Shown here: piece after piece, positions 1-9,560 of the stretch | Layout of the letters: each line of letters opens with the position of its first letter | Numbering within the stretch: the stretch's first letter is position 1 | From: a candidate division WOR-3 bacterium | GTDB taxonomy: Bacteria; Hydrothermota; Tepidihabitantia; SM23-42; JAOAFX01 | NCBI GenBank assembly: GCA_037444665.1 | Contig: JBBILZ010000032.1 | Location: 1-29,951, forward strand | Reading direction: 5' to 3' | DNA: 29,951 nucleotides | Program-made: the position numbers and the translations under genes | The notes under the pieces: model-generated | Database searches by the model: none | What the model was told of the DNA's origin: nothing | The model's input: the letters and a program-made list of their open reading frames with translations, nothing else

Positions 1-117
1 AAGCCCAAATCGTGGTTATATATTGCTTTAAATGACTATCGCACAGATCAGAATGGCAGTCTTAGGTTACAGAATCAGGTTGGTGCAATAAAGGCAAAGT
101 ATCTGGTATATTTTTAA
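1..117 (+). CDS. 3' end of a probable outer-membrane beta-barrel protein (partial)
   Basis: Frame 1 reads KPKSWLYIALNDYRTDQNGSLRLQNQVGAIKAKYLVYF then TAA; the amphipathic last strand with terminal Phe resembles a BAM beta-signal. Confidence 0.55.
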   Translation, partial: KPKSWLYIALNDYRTDQNGSLRLQNQVGAIKAKYLVYF

Positions 118-382
118 AAGGCGATTGGAGGCAATTGGGGGCAATTAAGGGCAACTGAAGGTAAAGGGAGGCAGAGAGGAATTATGAAACCAGATAAACC
201 AAATAGAGGCAGTATCGCCTATAATGGAAAGGGTAATAAAGGTTTATCAAGGAGCATCAAGGGGAATAAGGGGATGATAAAACCAGAAAAACCAAATAAA
301 CTAAATAAACCAAATAGGCTAAAGAGGGCTATGTAAAAGGGGTAAAAGAGGGGGGAAGAAGGGTAAAGAGGGGAAAAAGGCG
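118..382. repeat. Purine-rich degenerate 9-10-mer tandem repeat patch
   Basis: GGCAATTGG-like, AAACCAAAT-like and AAAGAGGGG-like units; the 19-mer GAAGAAGGGTAAAGAGGGG (355-373) recurs exactly at 23491-23509. Confidence 0.7.
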
Positions 383-419
383 ATTCTCTGTGAATTTTAT
401 CGTATGATGCAAAAAAGTC

Positions 420-448
420 TTGACTTTTTTTACAATTTATGTTAAAAT
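420..448 (+). promoter_or_regulatory. sigma70-type promoter, extended -10, probably leaderless
   Basis: TTGACT-17-TAAAAT preceded by TGn; ATG 455 lies 6 nt after the -10; the -35 sits in the near-palindrome AAAAAAGTCT/TGACTTTTTT. Confidence 0.65.
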
Positions 449-454
449 AGTCCG

Positions 455-1738
455 ATGAATAGAAAAAATCTTATACCTCGCGAAATTCTTTCCCAGATCA
501 AAATGTGGATTGATAAACCAGAGATAATTATATTGCTTGGTGCTCGTCAAGTAGGAAAATCAAGTATAATGCAACTTCTGATGCAAGAAATGAGTCCTGA
601 TGAATATATTTATTTTGACCTTGAAGATACCTATAATCTGGAGATTGTGAGTAGCGTTGAAAAGTTTCTTGCTTATCTCAAAGCACAAAGACTAAATTCC
701 AAAAAAAGAATTAAAGTTTTTATTGATGAATTCCACTATCTGCCTGAGCCTGCTCGATTTTTAAAACTTATTCACGACCACCATCAGGAGCTTAAATTGA
801 TAATATCAGGTTCTTCTTCATTTGAGATAAGGAGAAAATTTACTGATGCCCTTACCGGCAGAAAAGTTGTCTTTACGGTTCATCCTCTAAATTTTTCCGA
901 ATACTTGCTATTTAGAAACAGCTCTCTCCTCTCAATTAAAAAAGAGGTTGATTTCTTTAAGGTCCTGCAGGATTTTGATACAGTAAAAAATTTTCATCTT
1001 ATGACACCAAAAATCCTCTCAGAACTTCACGATTTTATTATCTTCGGCGGATATCCCCTTCCTGCACTAAGCACAGAAAGTGAAGTCAGAATTCAGCGAC
1101 TAAAAGAGATTCACAACACCTATCTCCAGAAAGATATTAAGGACCTAACGAATCTGGAAAATATACCCCAGTTCAACCGATTGGTTTCTTTTCTATCTGT
1201 TCAGAATGGTAATCTATTGAATATTAACGAAATCAGCAAAGAAACCGGTATTAAAAGGCGCCACCTTGAAAAGTATTTATTCTTGTTAGAAAAAACATTT
1301 GTAGTGAATATATTGAGGCCATATTATCGTAATCGGCAGAAAGAACTTATAAAAATGCCTAAGATATATTTTAGTGATACTGGTCTGCGCAATATTAACA
1401 TCGTTGATTTGCGCCCCTTAGAAAAACGAGATGATGTTGGATTCCTTGCAGAAAATTTTTTCTTCAGTGAATTTTTGAAAAAAAGATTAATTATGGATAA
1501 TATTTATTTCTGGCGCGATAAACAACAGCACGAAGTAGATTTTATTATCATCAAAGATAATCAGTTGATACCAGTAGAGGTTAAATACCAGCGATTTGTC
1601 AAACCGGTGATTTCATCCTCTCTGAAATATTTCGTGGAAAAATTTAAACTTGCAAATGCGGTGGTGATTACAAAGGATTATCTGGAAAAGGTCAAACAGA
1701 AAGTGAATATTTATTTTATTCCATTGTGGATGGTATGA
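455..1738 (+). CDS. AAA+ ATP-binding protein (AAA_14 + DUF4143 type)
   Basis: Walker A GARQVGKS, Walker B VFIDE, SGSS, LTGR, GGYP, PKIYFSDTG, C-terminal EVDF...PVEVK. Confidence 0.9.
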   Translation: MNRKNLIPREILSQIKMWIDKPEIIILLGARQVGKSSIMQLLMQEMSPDEYIYFDLEDTYNLEIVSSVEKFLAYLKAQRLNSKKRIKVFIDEFHYLPEPARFLKLIHDHHQELKLIISGSSSFEIRRKFTDALTGRKVVFTVHPLNFSEYLLFRNSSLLSIKKEVDFFKVLQDFDTVKNFHLMTPKILSELHDFIIFGGYPLPALSTESEVRIQRLKEIHNTYLQKDIKDLTNLENIPQFNRLVSFLSVQNGNLLNINEISKETGIKRRHLEKYLFLLEKTFVVNILRPYYRNRQKELIKMPKIYFSDTGLRNINIVDLRPLEKRDDVGFLAENFFFSEFLKKRLIMDNIYFWRDKQQHEVDFIIIKDNQLIPVEVKYQRFVKPVISSSLKYFVEKFKLANAVVITKDYLEKVKQKVNIYFIPLWMV

Positions 1739-1883
1739 AAGGCATTCCTGTGTGAAAGTAGTTCAGGATTTTTAATTTCCCAGAGCCGATAAATATAGTA
1801 ACGGGTAAGTAGTTGTGTTAATGTTTGTTGGGTAGGGACTTGAAATTTTATTAGGAAACTATATAACAATTGTAAAAGATGAA

Positions 1884-2828
1884 ATGACAAATTTTGCAGA
1901 TAGTTTGATTGAAAGTATTGACCAAAAGAAAACTTCTATAGTGGTTGGATTAGACCCAATGATTAATGAATTTCCCGATTTTTTTGTTGAGTAGGGCAAA
2001 AAGAAATTTGGCAGAGGTAAGAAGGGTGTTGTTTCCTTAATACGAGAATATATGAAAATTGTGGCTGATTGCGTTTCTGATTATGTGGTTGCTGTAAAAC
2101 CACAAACGGCATTTTTTGAACTTTATGGTCCAGAAGGTATAGCTGTAATGTTAGAATTGATATCTTATGCCCATACGAAAAACTGCTTAGTGATTGAAGA
2201 TTGTAAACGCGGTGACATAGGGACAACTGCTATTGCCTATGCAGATGCCCATTTGGGCGGAACAACTGATCTATATGGAAATTTTATTCCAGGCTTTGGT
2301 GCCGATGCAATTAATGTAAATCCTTATTTGGGAACTGATGGAGTAGTCCCTATCATTCAAACTGCTTTACGATATGGACGGGATCTTTTTATATTAACAA
2401 AAACCTCCAATCCATCTGCCTGTGAATTCCAGGATCAAATTTTATTAAACGGAAAGACCTTAGCAGTCATGATTGCTGAGGCAATAAATCATTGGGGTTC
2501 ACAATCTATAGGTAAATATGGATATTCTTCTGTGGGTGCCGTAGTTGGGGTGACTTATCCTGAGACAGCGAAAGAGATTAGAAAAATTCTACCAAACGTT
2601 TTTTTTCTCGTTCCGGGATACGGCGCCCAGGGTGCGAGCGCTAAAGAATTAAAGAATTATTTTAACAACGACGGTTATGGCGCCTTAATAAGCGCATCCA
2701 GAGCTGTGCTTTATTCTTATAAGAAAAATTCACGCAGTATCACCACATTCAGACAACTGCGAATGTGTATAAAGGACGCTGTGATGGCCATGCGTGATGA
2801 AATAGAAAAAGTGCGTTGTACTTTATAG
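1884..2828 (+). pseudogene. pyrF: Orotidine-5'-phosphate decarboxylase interrupted by in-frame TAG at 1992-1994
   Basis: ATG 1884 gives MTNFADSL...VVGLDP...FVE*GKK in the same frame as the 2052..2828 ORF, which has VKPQTAFFE, DCKRGDIGTT and LVPGYGAQG. Confidence 0.85.
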
Positions 2829-2859
2829 CCTCATCATTTTTAACAATTTTAAAGGCAAC

Positions 2860-2887
2860 TTGACATAACTAATGTAATTAATATACT
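2860..2887 (+). promoter_or_regulatory. sigma70-type promoter of the membrane operon
   Basis: TTGACA-16-TATACT. Confidence 0.65.
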
Positions 2888-2913
2888 TTAAAAAATATAA
2901 GAGCACGATCTTT

Positions 2914-3429
2914 ATGGATAGAGTAACATTTAAACCGCGAGCTTCATTATGGGGATGGTTATTACCACTATCGTTTATTAGTTTTTTAATATTCATGCTC
3001 TGGTTTAAATATCCCACGCTATTTTTAAACAGATCTTTAATGATAAAACACGGATTATTCATAGTTCTGTTTAGCCTTCTTTTTCTTATTGAAATAATCA
3101 TCTTTGGCACAATGAGATATGAACTCCATTCTGATGCCCTTTATTTGAAGGGCTGGATTTTTTCATATAAAATATATTATTCAGAAATAAAACAGATAAC
3201 AAAAACCAACCTTACATTTCACCCTATTGCCAGCAATAGATGGCCAGGTTATGCCTTTGGTGATTGTTATTATGCTGATGCTGGTAAGGTGACAATGTGT
3301 GCAAGAAGTATGTGCAAAAATATTATCCTTATTCAGACCACTGCTAAACTTTATGGTATTACTCCAAAGGATGAAGAATCATTCATTGAGCATCTAAAAA
3401 AGAGAATTGAAGCAATAGATAATGGTTAA
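2914..3429 (+). CDS. Two-TM membrane protein with bacterial PH domain (bPH_5-like)
   Basis: Two hydrophobic helices, then RYEL..DALY...KIYYSEIK...YGITPKDEESF. Confidence 0.7.
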   Translation: MDRVTFKPRASLWGWLLPLSFISFLIFMLWFKYPTLFLNRSLMIKHGLFIVLFSLLFLIEIIIFGTMRYELHSDALYLKGWIFSYKIYYSEIKQITKTNLTFHPIASNRWPGYAFGDCYYADAGKVTMCARSMCKNIILIQTTAKLYGITPKDEESFIEHLKKRIEAIDNG

Positions 3430-3470
3430 TAAAAGTGGGGTCATTGGAGTTAAGCACATTGGAGGTAAAA

Positions 3471-3965
3471 ATGGAAATCTTTAAACCGAGATTTTCAATT
3501 ATTGGTTGGATCTTTAGTATCGCGCTTGTTTTAATTATGTTTTATTTATTTTTCTTAAACATCAAGAGCGTAGAAGCAGGTAAGACATCTATATTGAGCC
3601 CAATTATCTTCGGTATCTTTTTTATCGTAACAATCTTCTTTTTGGTCATTTATCCAACAATGCGATACGAACTTAAGCATGATGCGCTCTGGTTAAGATG
3701 TGGACCTTTTTGTTACAAAATTCCCTACTCAGAGATTAAGGAGATCGTTAAAACCGAACTTCGATATCATCTAACATCTATGGGGTGGAAACTACCTGGC
3801 TATACCATTGGAAAAATCTACTACACGGATAGAGGATATGTGTATATGTGCGCAACAGGAATGTGCAGGGATATAATTTTAATAAAAACGAGCAAAGGTC
3901 TTTTTGGAATTACTCCCAGCAATGAACAGAGATTTTTAGAAACCCTAAGGGCACGATTATCATGA
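3471..3965 (+). CDS. Paralogous two-TM bacterial PH domain protein
   Basis: GGAGG 3461-3465 precedes ATG 3471; aligns by eye with the previous ORF (TMRYEL, YSEIK, PGY, MCAxxMC, GITP). Confidence 0.72.
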   Translation: MEIFKPRFSIIGWIFSIALVLIMFYLFFLNIKSVEAGKTSILSPIIFGIFFIVTIFFLVIYPTMRYELKHDALWLRCGPFCYKIPYSEIKEIVKTELRYHLTSMGWKLPGYTIGKIYYTDRGYVYMCATGMCRDIILIKTSKGLFGITPSNEQRFLETLRARLS

Positions 3966-4714
3966 ACTTTTATCTCTGGGCATTGTTGGTAACACTCGTG
4001 GGTATTATTATTTTATATTTTTGGGCAGGAAAGTGGGGATTGAAGGGAATTAAATACCTTTATTTATACTTCCTTTTGTGCCTGCCTTTGAGTTTTTTGG
4101 TAAACTTTGCGATTAAACAACCTTTGGGGTCATTATTATTATCTCTTTTCAATTTGGGCGAGGACCGACAGAACTGGCCCTTATGGTTTTTACCCATTGC
4201 CAATCTTTTGGCCCCATTTACTGAGGAGGGGATAAAACTTTTGCCGATTGCTTTCTCTGATGTGAGAAATTTTTTAAATGAGAAAAAGATGGCATTGATT
4301 TTAGGAATAACTTTTGGTGCCTGCTTTGGCATTGGAGAGACCTGGCTTTTAGCCATCTTATTCACCCAGAAAATGCCTGGCTTTGCAACTGGCTCTTTTT
4401 GGCTTTTAATTGGATTTTTTTATGAAAGATTATTAGCAGTGATTGGTCATGGTTGTATGACGGCAATTGTTTTTATAGGTTTTAAACATAATTTTTTGAA
4501 ATATTATCTTATTGCCGTTGCCTTCCATTATTTTGCGAATGTGGGTGCCGCATTATACCAGAGTGGTTACCTCTCAGCAGAGGTTGCCTATGTTCCAATT
4601 TTTGGTATTTTTATCCTTCTTTTTTCGTATATCTTTAGAATTGAAAGACAATTGCGTAAGTTAGAAAATATACCCACAAAAGGTTTGATTTTATACAAAA
4701 GAGGTGAACAATAG
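3962..4714 (+). CDS. YhfC/PrsW-like glutamic-type intramembrane protease
   Basis: Multi-TM; motifs TEEGIK, FGIGE, ER...GH, HYFAN; ATGA overlap with the upstream gene. Confidence 0.72.
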   Translation: MNFYLWALLVTLVGIIILYFWAGKWGLKGIKYLYLYFLLCLPLSFLVNFAIKQPLGSLLLSLFNLGEDRQNWPLWFLPIANLLAPFTEEGIKLLPIAFSDVRNFLNEKKMALILGITFGACFGIGETWLLAILFTQKMPGFATGSFWLLIGFFYERLLAVIGHGCMTAIVFIGFKHNFLKYYLIAVAFHYFANVGAALYQSGYLSAEVAYVPIFGIFILLFSYIFRIERQLRKLENIPTKGLILYKRGEQ

Positions 4715-5211
4715 TGAAAAATTTTAAAACATATTTTTTATTCAAAATTAGCCTTGATTTCATTGCATTTTCAGGGATATTATTTCAGGTTATTTTTTTA
4801 ATCCAGATGTGGTCATCTATACCAGACGAGGTTCCTGTTCATTTTGATCTATTCGGCAAACCGGACGCCTGGGGCGAAAAGAAATCATTATTGTTAATGC
4901 CGGTCATAACCATTATAATTTTTTCAATCTTTACTGTGTTTAGTCATTCTTCACGCCTATTGGAGATATTCTTAAACCTACCACCGTTTACGGAAAAGAC
5001 AAAAAGATTATACCGTAAACTAAGTATATTAATTCAGCTATTCAAAGTTGATATTGTGTGGTTATTTAGTTTACTTGAATTTCAGATAATACAAATAACA
5101 ATGGGAAGACAAAAAGGGTGGGATTATACCGTGATTATATTTATCGCTATTGCAGTAGTAATTGTCATATTATTTAATATTATTAAATTTAGAGAAAAAG
5201 TCCCCAGGTAA
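4714..5211 (+). CDS. DUF1648 (SdpI N-terminal-like) membrane protein
   Basis: IPDEVPVHFDLFGKPDAWGEK between TM helices; GTG start overlaps the upstream TAG. Confidence 0.8.
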   Translation: MKNFKTYFLFKISLDFIAFSGILFQVIFLIQMWSSIPDEVPVHFDLFGKPDAWGEKKSLLLMPVITIIIFSIFTVFSHSSRLLEIFLNLPPFTEKTKRLYRKLSILIQLFKVDIVWLFSLLEFQIIQITMGRQKGWDYTVIIFIAIAVVIVILFNIIKFREKVPR

Positions 5212-5258
5212 TACTTCTGACTATACACCATAAATTTTCACTCGGAATTCTTTTCTTT

Positions 5259-5727
5259 GTCACCCTGAACTCGCTTCAGAGTCTCCCCTCCAACTGTCAC
5301 GCTGAGCAGAGCGAAGGGTCTCAAAATGTATTAATTTTAGACTTTGCCCTGAACTTGTTTCAGGATGCTGAAACAAGTTCAGCATGACATTGTTTTAAAT
5401 GACACTCTAAGGGTTCAGCATGACAATCTGCACTGACTTAGATTTTTTTAGCAACTTCGATTTCACAATTTGACAATTGTAGAATTGCGGAATTGATTAC
5501 CAATTTTTTAGACATTTAGAAATAGGTTATATCGATATATGCACAATTGCACATATATCGATAATGCAAATACAATCCTCGTTATCGCTCGGATAAATCC
5601 GAATTTATTCAGTAAATCGTTAAACGTTTATCGGTTGCGAAATATGTTTGGTTTAACGGTGTTGTCTGTAGCTTTAAAACTACGAAACCGAAACGCATCT
5701 CTAAACCGCGAACCGACGAACGAATTT
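5259..5727. repeat. Modular dispersed intergenic repeat, copy 1
   Basis: Colinear with 23559-23959; contains GTCACCCTGA... palindromic units, a perfect 15-bp hairpin (5349-5382) and a 12-bp inverted repeat (5530-5563). Confidence 0.9.
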
Positions 5728-5909
5728 ATTCAAATTCTATTACTTATACATACCTGATTCCTAATTTTAAGAAGCCCAGCATCAAGTATCCAGTATTTAG
5801 TATCAAGGAAGTATCAATACTACACTTTGCCAGAAGGCATGAAAATGTTCTATAAATGCGATGTTGAAGGAGCAAACATGTGAATTGTGAAGATTTTGCC
5901 GCGGGAGTC

Positions 5910-5937
5910 TTTACAAAATTGCGGAAATAGATAAAAT
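5910..5937 (+). promoter_or_regulatory. Promoter of msrA, probably leaderless
   Basis: TTTACA-16-TAAAAT; ATG 6 nt downstream, no SD. Confidence 0.55.
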
Positions 5938-5943
5938 TGCTAT

Positions 5944-6438
5944 ATGGAAAATAAAGGATTCAAAAAGGCATATTTTGCTGGCGGCTGTTTCTGGGGCGTG
6001 GAATATTATTTTGACCGCACACAGGGTGTGATTTCAGCAATTTCAGGATATATGGGTGGCACAAAAAAGCATCCGCAATATGAAGATGTTAAGAAGGGCA
6101 ATACCGGACATTTTGAAACCGTTGAAGTTACCTATGACCCGCAAAAAGTATCTTATGAGGAACTTGCCCGATTATTCTTTGAAATCCATGACCCTACCCA
6201 GGCAGATGGTCAGGGACCTGATATAGGCACTCAGTACCAATCCGCCATATTCTACAGTAATGAACAGGAAAAAGAGATCATAGAAAGATTGATTGGAATA
6301 CTTAAAGACAGAGGTTATGGCGTGGTAACAAAGGTGCTTCCAGTTACAGAATTTTACCCGGCAGAAGATTATCATCAGGATTATTACGAGAAAAAAGGGC
6401 AAAGACCAGTTTGTCATATTTATAAAAAAAGATTTTAA
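5944..6438 (+). CDS. msrA: Peptide methionine sulfoxide reductase A
   Basis: GGCFWGVE, SGYMGG, HDPTQ..GQGPDIGTQY, AEDYHQDYY. Confidence 0.97.
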   Translation: MENKGFKKAYFAGGCFWGVEYYFDRTQGVISAISGYMGGTKKHPQYEDVKKGNTGHFETVEVTYDPQKVSYEELARLFFEIHDPTQADGQGPDIGTQYQSAIFYSNEQEKEIIERLIGILKDRGYGVVTKVLPVTEFYPAEDYHQDYYEKKGQRPVCHIYKKRF

Positions 6439-6459
6439 AATCAAAAGAACACTTTATAC

Positions 6460-6481
6460 GCCCAATGAATTGGGCAACTAC
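6460..6481 (-). repeat. GTAG-tagged REP-like palindrome
   Basis: Minus strand reads GTAG-TT-GCCCAAT-TC-ATTGGGC. Confidence 0.7.
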
Positions 6482-6545
6482 AGTTTGTAAATAGTCAAAA
6501 GGGCTAAAAGACAAAAAAATTGGGGTTGGTCAGAATCAATCTCTG

Positions 6546-6573
6546 TTGACTTTTTTCAGGTATTGCATATATT
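6546..6573 (+). promoter_or_regulatory. Promoter of the alcohol dehydrogenase gene
   Basis: TTGACT-16-TATATT; ATG 9 nt downstream, no SD. Confidence 0.55.
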
Positions 6574-6582
6574 TAAAATTAT

Positions 6583-7581
6583 ATGAAAGCAATGGTCTTA
6601 GAACATCAGGCGCATCTTGAAAATCATCCCTTAAAATTAAAAGAAGTCAGAATGCCTGAACCTGAAGATAAAGAAATAAGATTAAAGATAAGTATCTGCG
6701 GTGTATGTAGAACTGACCTGCATATTGTGGAAGGGGAACTTCCTGCCCATAAAATGCCGGTTATCCCGGGACACCAGATTGTTGGCAGGGTTGATAAGAC
6801 TGGTCCTAAAGCAGAAAGATATAAACCTGGCCAGAGGCTTGGTATTCCCTGGTTATACAAAACCTGTGGCAACTGTAAATATTGTAGATCGGGTAAAGAG
6901 AATCTCTGTGAAAATGCGATGTTCACTGGTTATGATGTAGATGGAGGATTTGCCGAATATGTGATTGTGGAGGAAGATTTTGCCTATCCTCTTCCTGAAA
7001 GTTATACGGATAATGAAGTTGCACCATTATTGTGTGCCGGTGTAATAGGCTACCAGGCGTTCAAGGCAACTGGCTTAAAAAATTCTGGTAAACTCGGTCT
7101 ATTTGGTTTTGGTTCAAGTGCCCATATTCTATTGCAGGTCTGTAATCATCTGGGCATACAGACCTATGTTGTTTCACGCACTGAAACAGAATTGAAACTT
7201 GCTGAAAAACTTGGTGCAAAATGGACCGGTAGTATTGATGAAGATATGGGCACACTCCTTGACGCAGTGATTGTCTTTGCTCCGAGTGGTGAACTTTTAG
7301 TAAGGGCATTAAAAAAGATTGATAAAGGTGGGATTGTTGTATCTGCCGGTATCTATACTACACCCTTACCTGGCTTTGATTATTCTTATATTTATCCTGA
7401 AAAAACGCTGAGTTCAGTTGCCCATACAAGCCGGAACAATGTTAAAGAATTTCTCAAAGTTGCCGGAGAATTTAAGATTGAGACAAAAATAAATGAATAT
7501 AAATTGACCGATGCCAATATTGCATTGTTGAATATAAAAAATTCAAAAATATCTGGTTCTTCAATTTTAATCATAACATAA
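6583..7581 (+). CDS. Zinc-dependent alcohol dehydrogenase family protein
   Basis: CRTDLH, PGHQIVG, structural Zn site CGNCKYC...ENLC, APLLCAG, GLFGFGSSA. Confidence 0.93.
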   Translation: MKAMVLEHQAHLENHPLKLKEVRMPEPEDKEIRLKISICGVCRTDLHIVEGELPAHKMPVIPGHQIVGRVDKTGPKAERYKPGQRLGIPWLYKTCGNCKYCRSGKENLCENAMFTGYDVDGGFAEYVIVEEDFAYPLPESYTDNEVAPLLCAGVIGYQAFKATGLKNSGKLGLFGFGSSAHILLQVCNHLGIQTYVVSRTETELKLAEKLGAKWTGSIDEDMGTLLDAVIVFAPSGELLVRALKKIDKGGIVVSAGIYTTPLPGFDYSYIYPEKTLSSVAHTSRNNVKEFLKVAGEFKIETKINEYKLTDANIALLNIKNSKISGSSILIIT

Positions 7582-7609
7582 AAATAATCAAATTGCTTTC
7601 CGATTTTTA

Positions 7610-7637
7610 TTGACAATGCATTAAGTTTAATTATAAT
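7610..7637 (+). promoter_or_regulatory. Promoter of the tol-pal cluster
   Basis: Perfect TTGACA-16-TATAAT; SD AGGAGG at 7649-7654. Confidence 0.75.
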
Positions 7638-7658
7638 TGATGCATGAAAGGAGGCATA

Positions 7659-8138
7659 ATGCGTTATCTTAAATTAACATTACCATTTTTACTATTGGCT
7701 ATTATCTTCTTCGGTTGTCCTAAAAAACAAGTAGTGAAACCGGTTGAACCAGTAGTGCCTGAAGAGACGACAGTGGTTGTGCCAGAAGAGACAACGGTTG
7801 TTGAAACAAAACCGCCCCTTGTTCTGGAACGGATATTCTTTGATTTTGATAAATCAGATATCAGGCAGGATGCGGCTGAGACCCTGAAAAAGAATGCAGA
7901 GGTGCTAAAACTCTATCCTGAGGTAAAAGTTAATATAGAAGGCCATTGCTGTGAGATCGGCACAGCAGAATATAATATGGCATTAGGTGAAAGAAGGGCA
8001 AAATCAGCAAGGGATTATCTCTTAATGCTGGGTATTACACCGGACAGGCTAACTACAGTAAGTTATGGTGAGGAAAGGCCACTTGATGCCAAAGTTCTGG
8101 AAAGAAACCGACGGTGTGAATTTGTGACAATAAAATAA
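7659..8138 (+). CDS. pal: Peptidoglycan-associated lipoprotein (OmpA-like domain)
   Basis: SD then ATG 7659; lipobox FFGC; IFFDFDKS, YNMALGERRA, VSYGEERP, NRR; tol context. Confidence 0.9.
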   Translation: MRYLKLTLPFLLLAIIFFGCPKKQVVKPVEPVVPEETTVVVPEETTVVETKPPLVLERIFFDFDKSDIRQDAAETLKKNAEVLKLYPEVKVNIEGHCCEIGTAEYNMALGERRAKSARDYLLMLGITPDRLTTVSYGEERPLDAKVLERNRRCEFVTIK

Positions 8139-8155
8139 ATACCTAAAGACCTAAA

Positions 8156-8857
8156 ATGCCTAAATACCTGAATTTACTTTTTACTTTTTGCTTTCTACTT
8201 CTTACTTCCATCGGTTGTTTCAATCGCACCCGCTTCAATAATTTTAACTGGCAACTTGATAGTTTAAAATACTACACCGCAAAAATTGATAGTCTGCTTG
8301 AGCAACAATCACAGGAGATGGTTCAATTGCGCACAGATTTTTATACAAAATCAGAAGAACTTGCAGAAAAGATTGAGATGCTCAATACAAGATTGAGTGA
8401 ATCTGAATCGCAATTGACCCAGATCAACGAAAAATTGTCGCGCGGTAAAAAGACGGTCAGTGATTCAGAAGATGTATCATCAGTGAGCCCTGAGGCGAGG
8501 ATGATTTATGAATCAGCATACTTAAATTATGTTAAAGGCAATTATTCTGATGCAATCAATGGATTCAGGTCCTATTTAAAAGTTGCGCCCGATTCTCCAC
8601 TCTCTGATAATGCGTTATACTGGATTGGCGAATGCTATTATTCGCTCGGCAAACGTCAGGATGCAGTTGATACATTTAATGAATTGCTGAACAGGTATAA
8701 TCAGAGCAACAAAAGGTCAACCGCCCTCTTTAAAATTGGCATAATCTATGAAGAGGTAAAGGATTTAAAGACTGCAAAAACATATTTTGAGCGTGTCTTA
8801 AAAGAGTATCCCAATTCGCCTGAAGCCGCACTGGCAAAGGAGAGATTGAACAAGTGA
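8156..8857 (+). CDS. cpoB: Tol-Pal coordinator CpoB/YbgF (coiled coil + TPR), probable lipoprotein
   Basis: SIGC lipobox, coiled coil, SDNALYWIGECYY, YPNSPEA; follows pal. Confidence 0.88.
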   Translation: MPKYLNLLFTFCFLLLTSIGCFNRTRFNNFNWQLDSLKYYTAKIDSLLEQQSQEMVQLRTDFYTKSEELAEKIEMLNTRLSESESQLTQINEKLSRGKKTVSDSEDVSSVSPEARMIYESAYLNYVKGNYSDAINGFRSYLKVAPDSPLSDNALYWIGECYYSLGKRQDAVDTFNELLNRYNQSNKRSTALFKIGIIYEEVKDLKTAKTYFERVLKEYPNSPEAALAKERLNK

Positions 8858-9549
8858 ATATCTTCAGAGTCTTTATAGAGTCTGGACTCGCTGCCCAACT
8901 CATAATGATTATTCTGGTCATTTTCTCTATCTGGTCCTGGGCATTATTCTTTAAAAAGTTATATGAGCTTGCAATGACCAATAAGAGAAGCAAGGCTTTT
9001 ATTATGAGCTACCAGTTCCACAAAAATATTAGAGAAATGGATAATTTAGGACATTTGTTACTGGATAATCCCTATGGCAAAATCCTGAAGAGTGGTATTG
9101 ATGAATTTAAATCACTAAAATCTACAGGCAACCCTGGAAATTTACAACTTGCTGATAATATTAAATTATCAATGGAACGGACCAGGGCGACTGAAATTGA
9201 TAATCTGGAAAAAGGGTTACCCATTCTTGGAACAATAGTTGCTGCGAGTCCATTTTTAGGATTGCTGGGCACGGTCTGGGGTATAATGGAATCATTTTTA
9301 CAGATCCGTGCCCGCGGCTCTGCCCATATTACTGTGGTGGCACCTGGTATTTCTGATGCCTTGATCACAACTGTGTATGGACTCCTTGTAGCAATTCCCG
9401 CATTGATTTTCAACAACCTTTTACGCAGTCGGATAACAAATCTTGATACAAAACTTGATAATTTTATAAGTGAGGTCTTTGCAACATTAAAAAGGGGATT
9501 GGTGGAGATTCAGAATCCTGCTCAGGTTGATACAGAAAGAAAGATATAA
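8854..9549 (+). CDS. tolQ: TolQ/ExbB proton channel subunit
   Basis: SPFLGLLGTVWGIM, VAPGISDALITT, VAIPA. Confidence 0.9.
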   Translation: MNIFRVFIESGLAAQLIMIILVIFSIWSWALFFKKLYELAMTNKRSKAFIMSYQFHKNIREMDNLGHLLLDNPYGKILKSGIDEFKSLKSTGNPGNLQLADNIKLSMERTRATEIDNLEKGLPILGTIVAASPFLGLLGTVWGIMESFLQIRARGSAHITVVAPGISDALITTVYGLLVAIPALIFNNLLRSRITNLDTKLDNFISEVFATLKRGLVEIQNPAQVDTERKI

Positions 9550-9560
9550 GGGGTAAATCA

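Noticed and set aside
455..1738. AAA_14/DUF4143 ATPase as an anti-phage system
   Set aside because: It is a standalone member of a very common family with no partner genes here, so nothing in the window supports the claim
5259..5727. CRISPR array or integron attC array in the palindromic repeats
   Set aside because: No constant repeat with regular unique spacers, and no cas or integrase gene in the window
5539..5757. 72-aa ORF, and the 60-aa ORF at 23726-23908
   Set aside because: Both lie in the repeat copies, on opposite strands, and the frame is not conserved between copies
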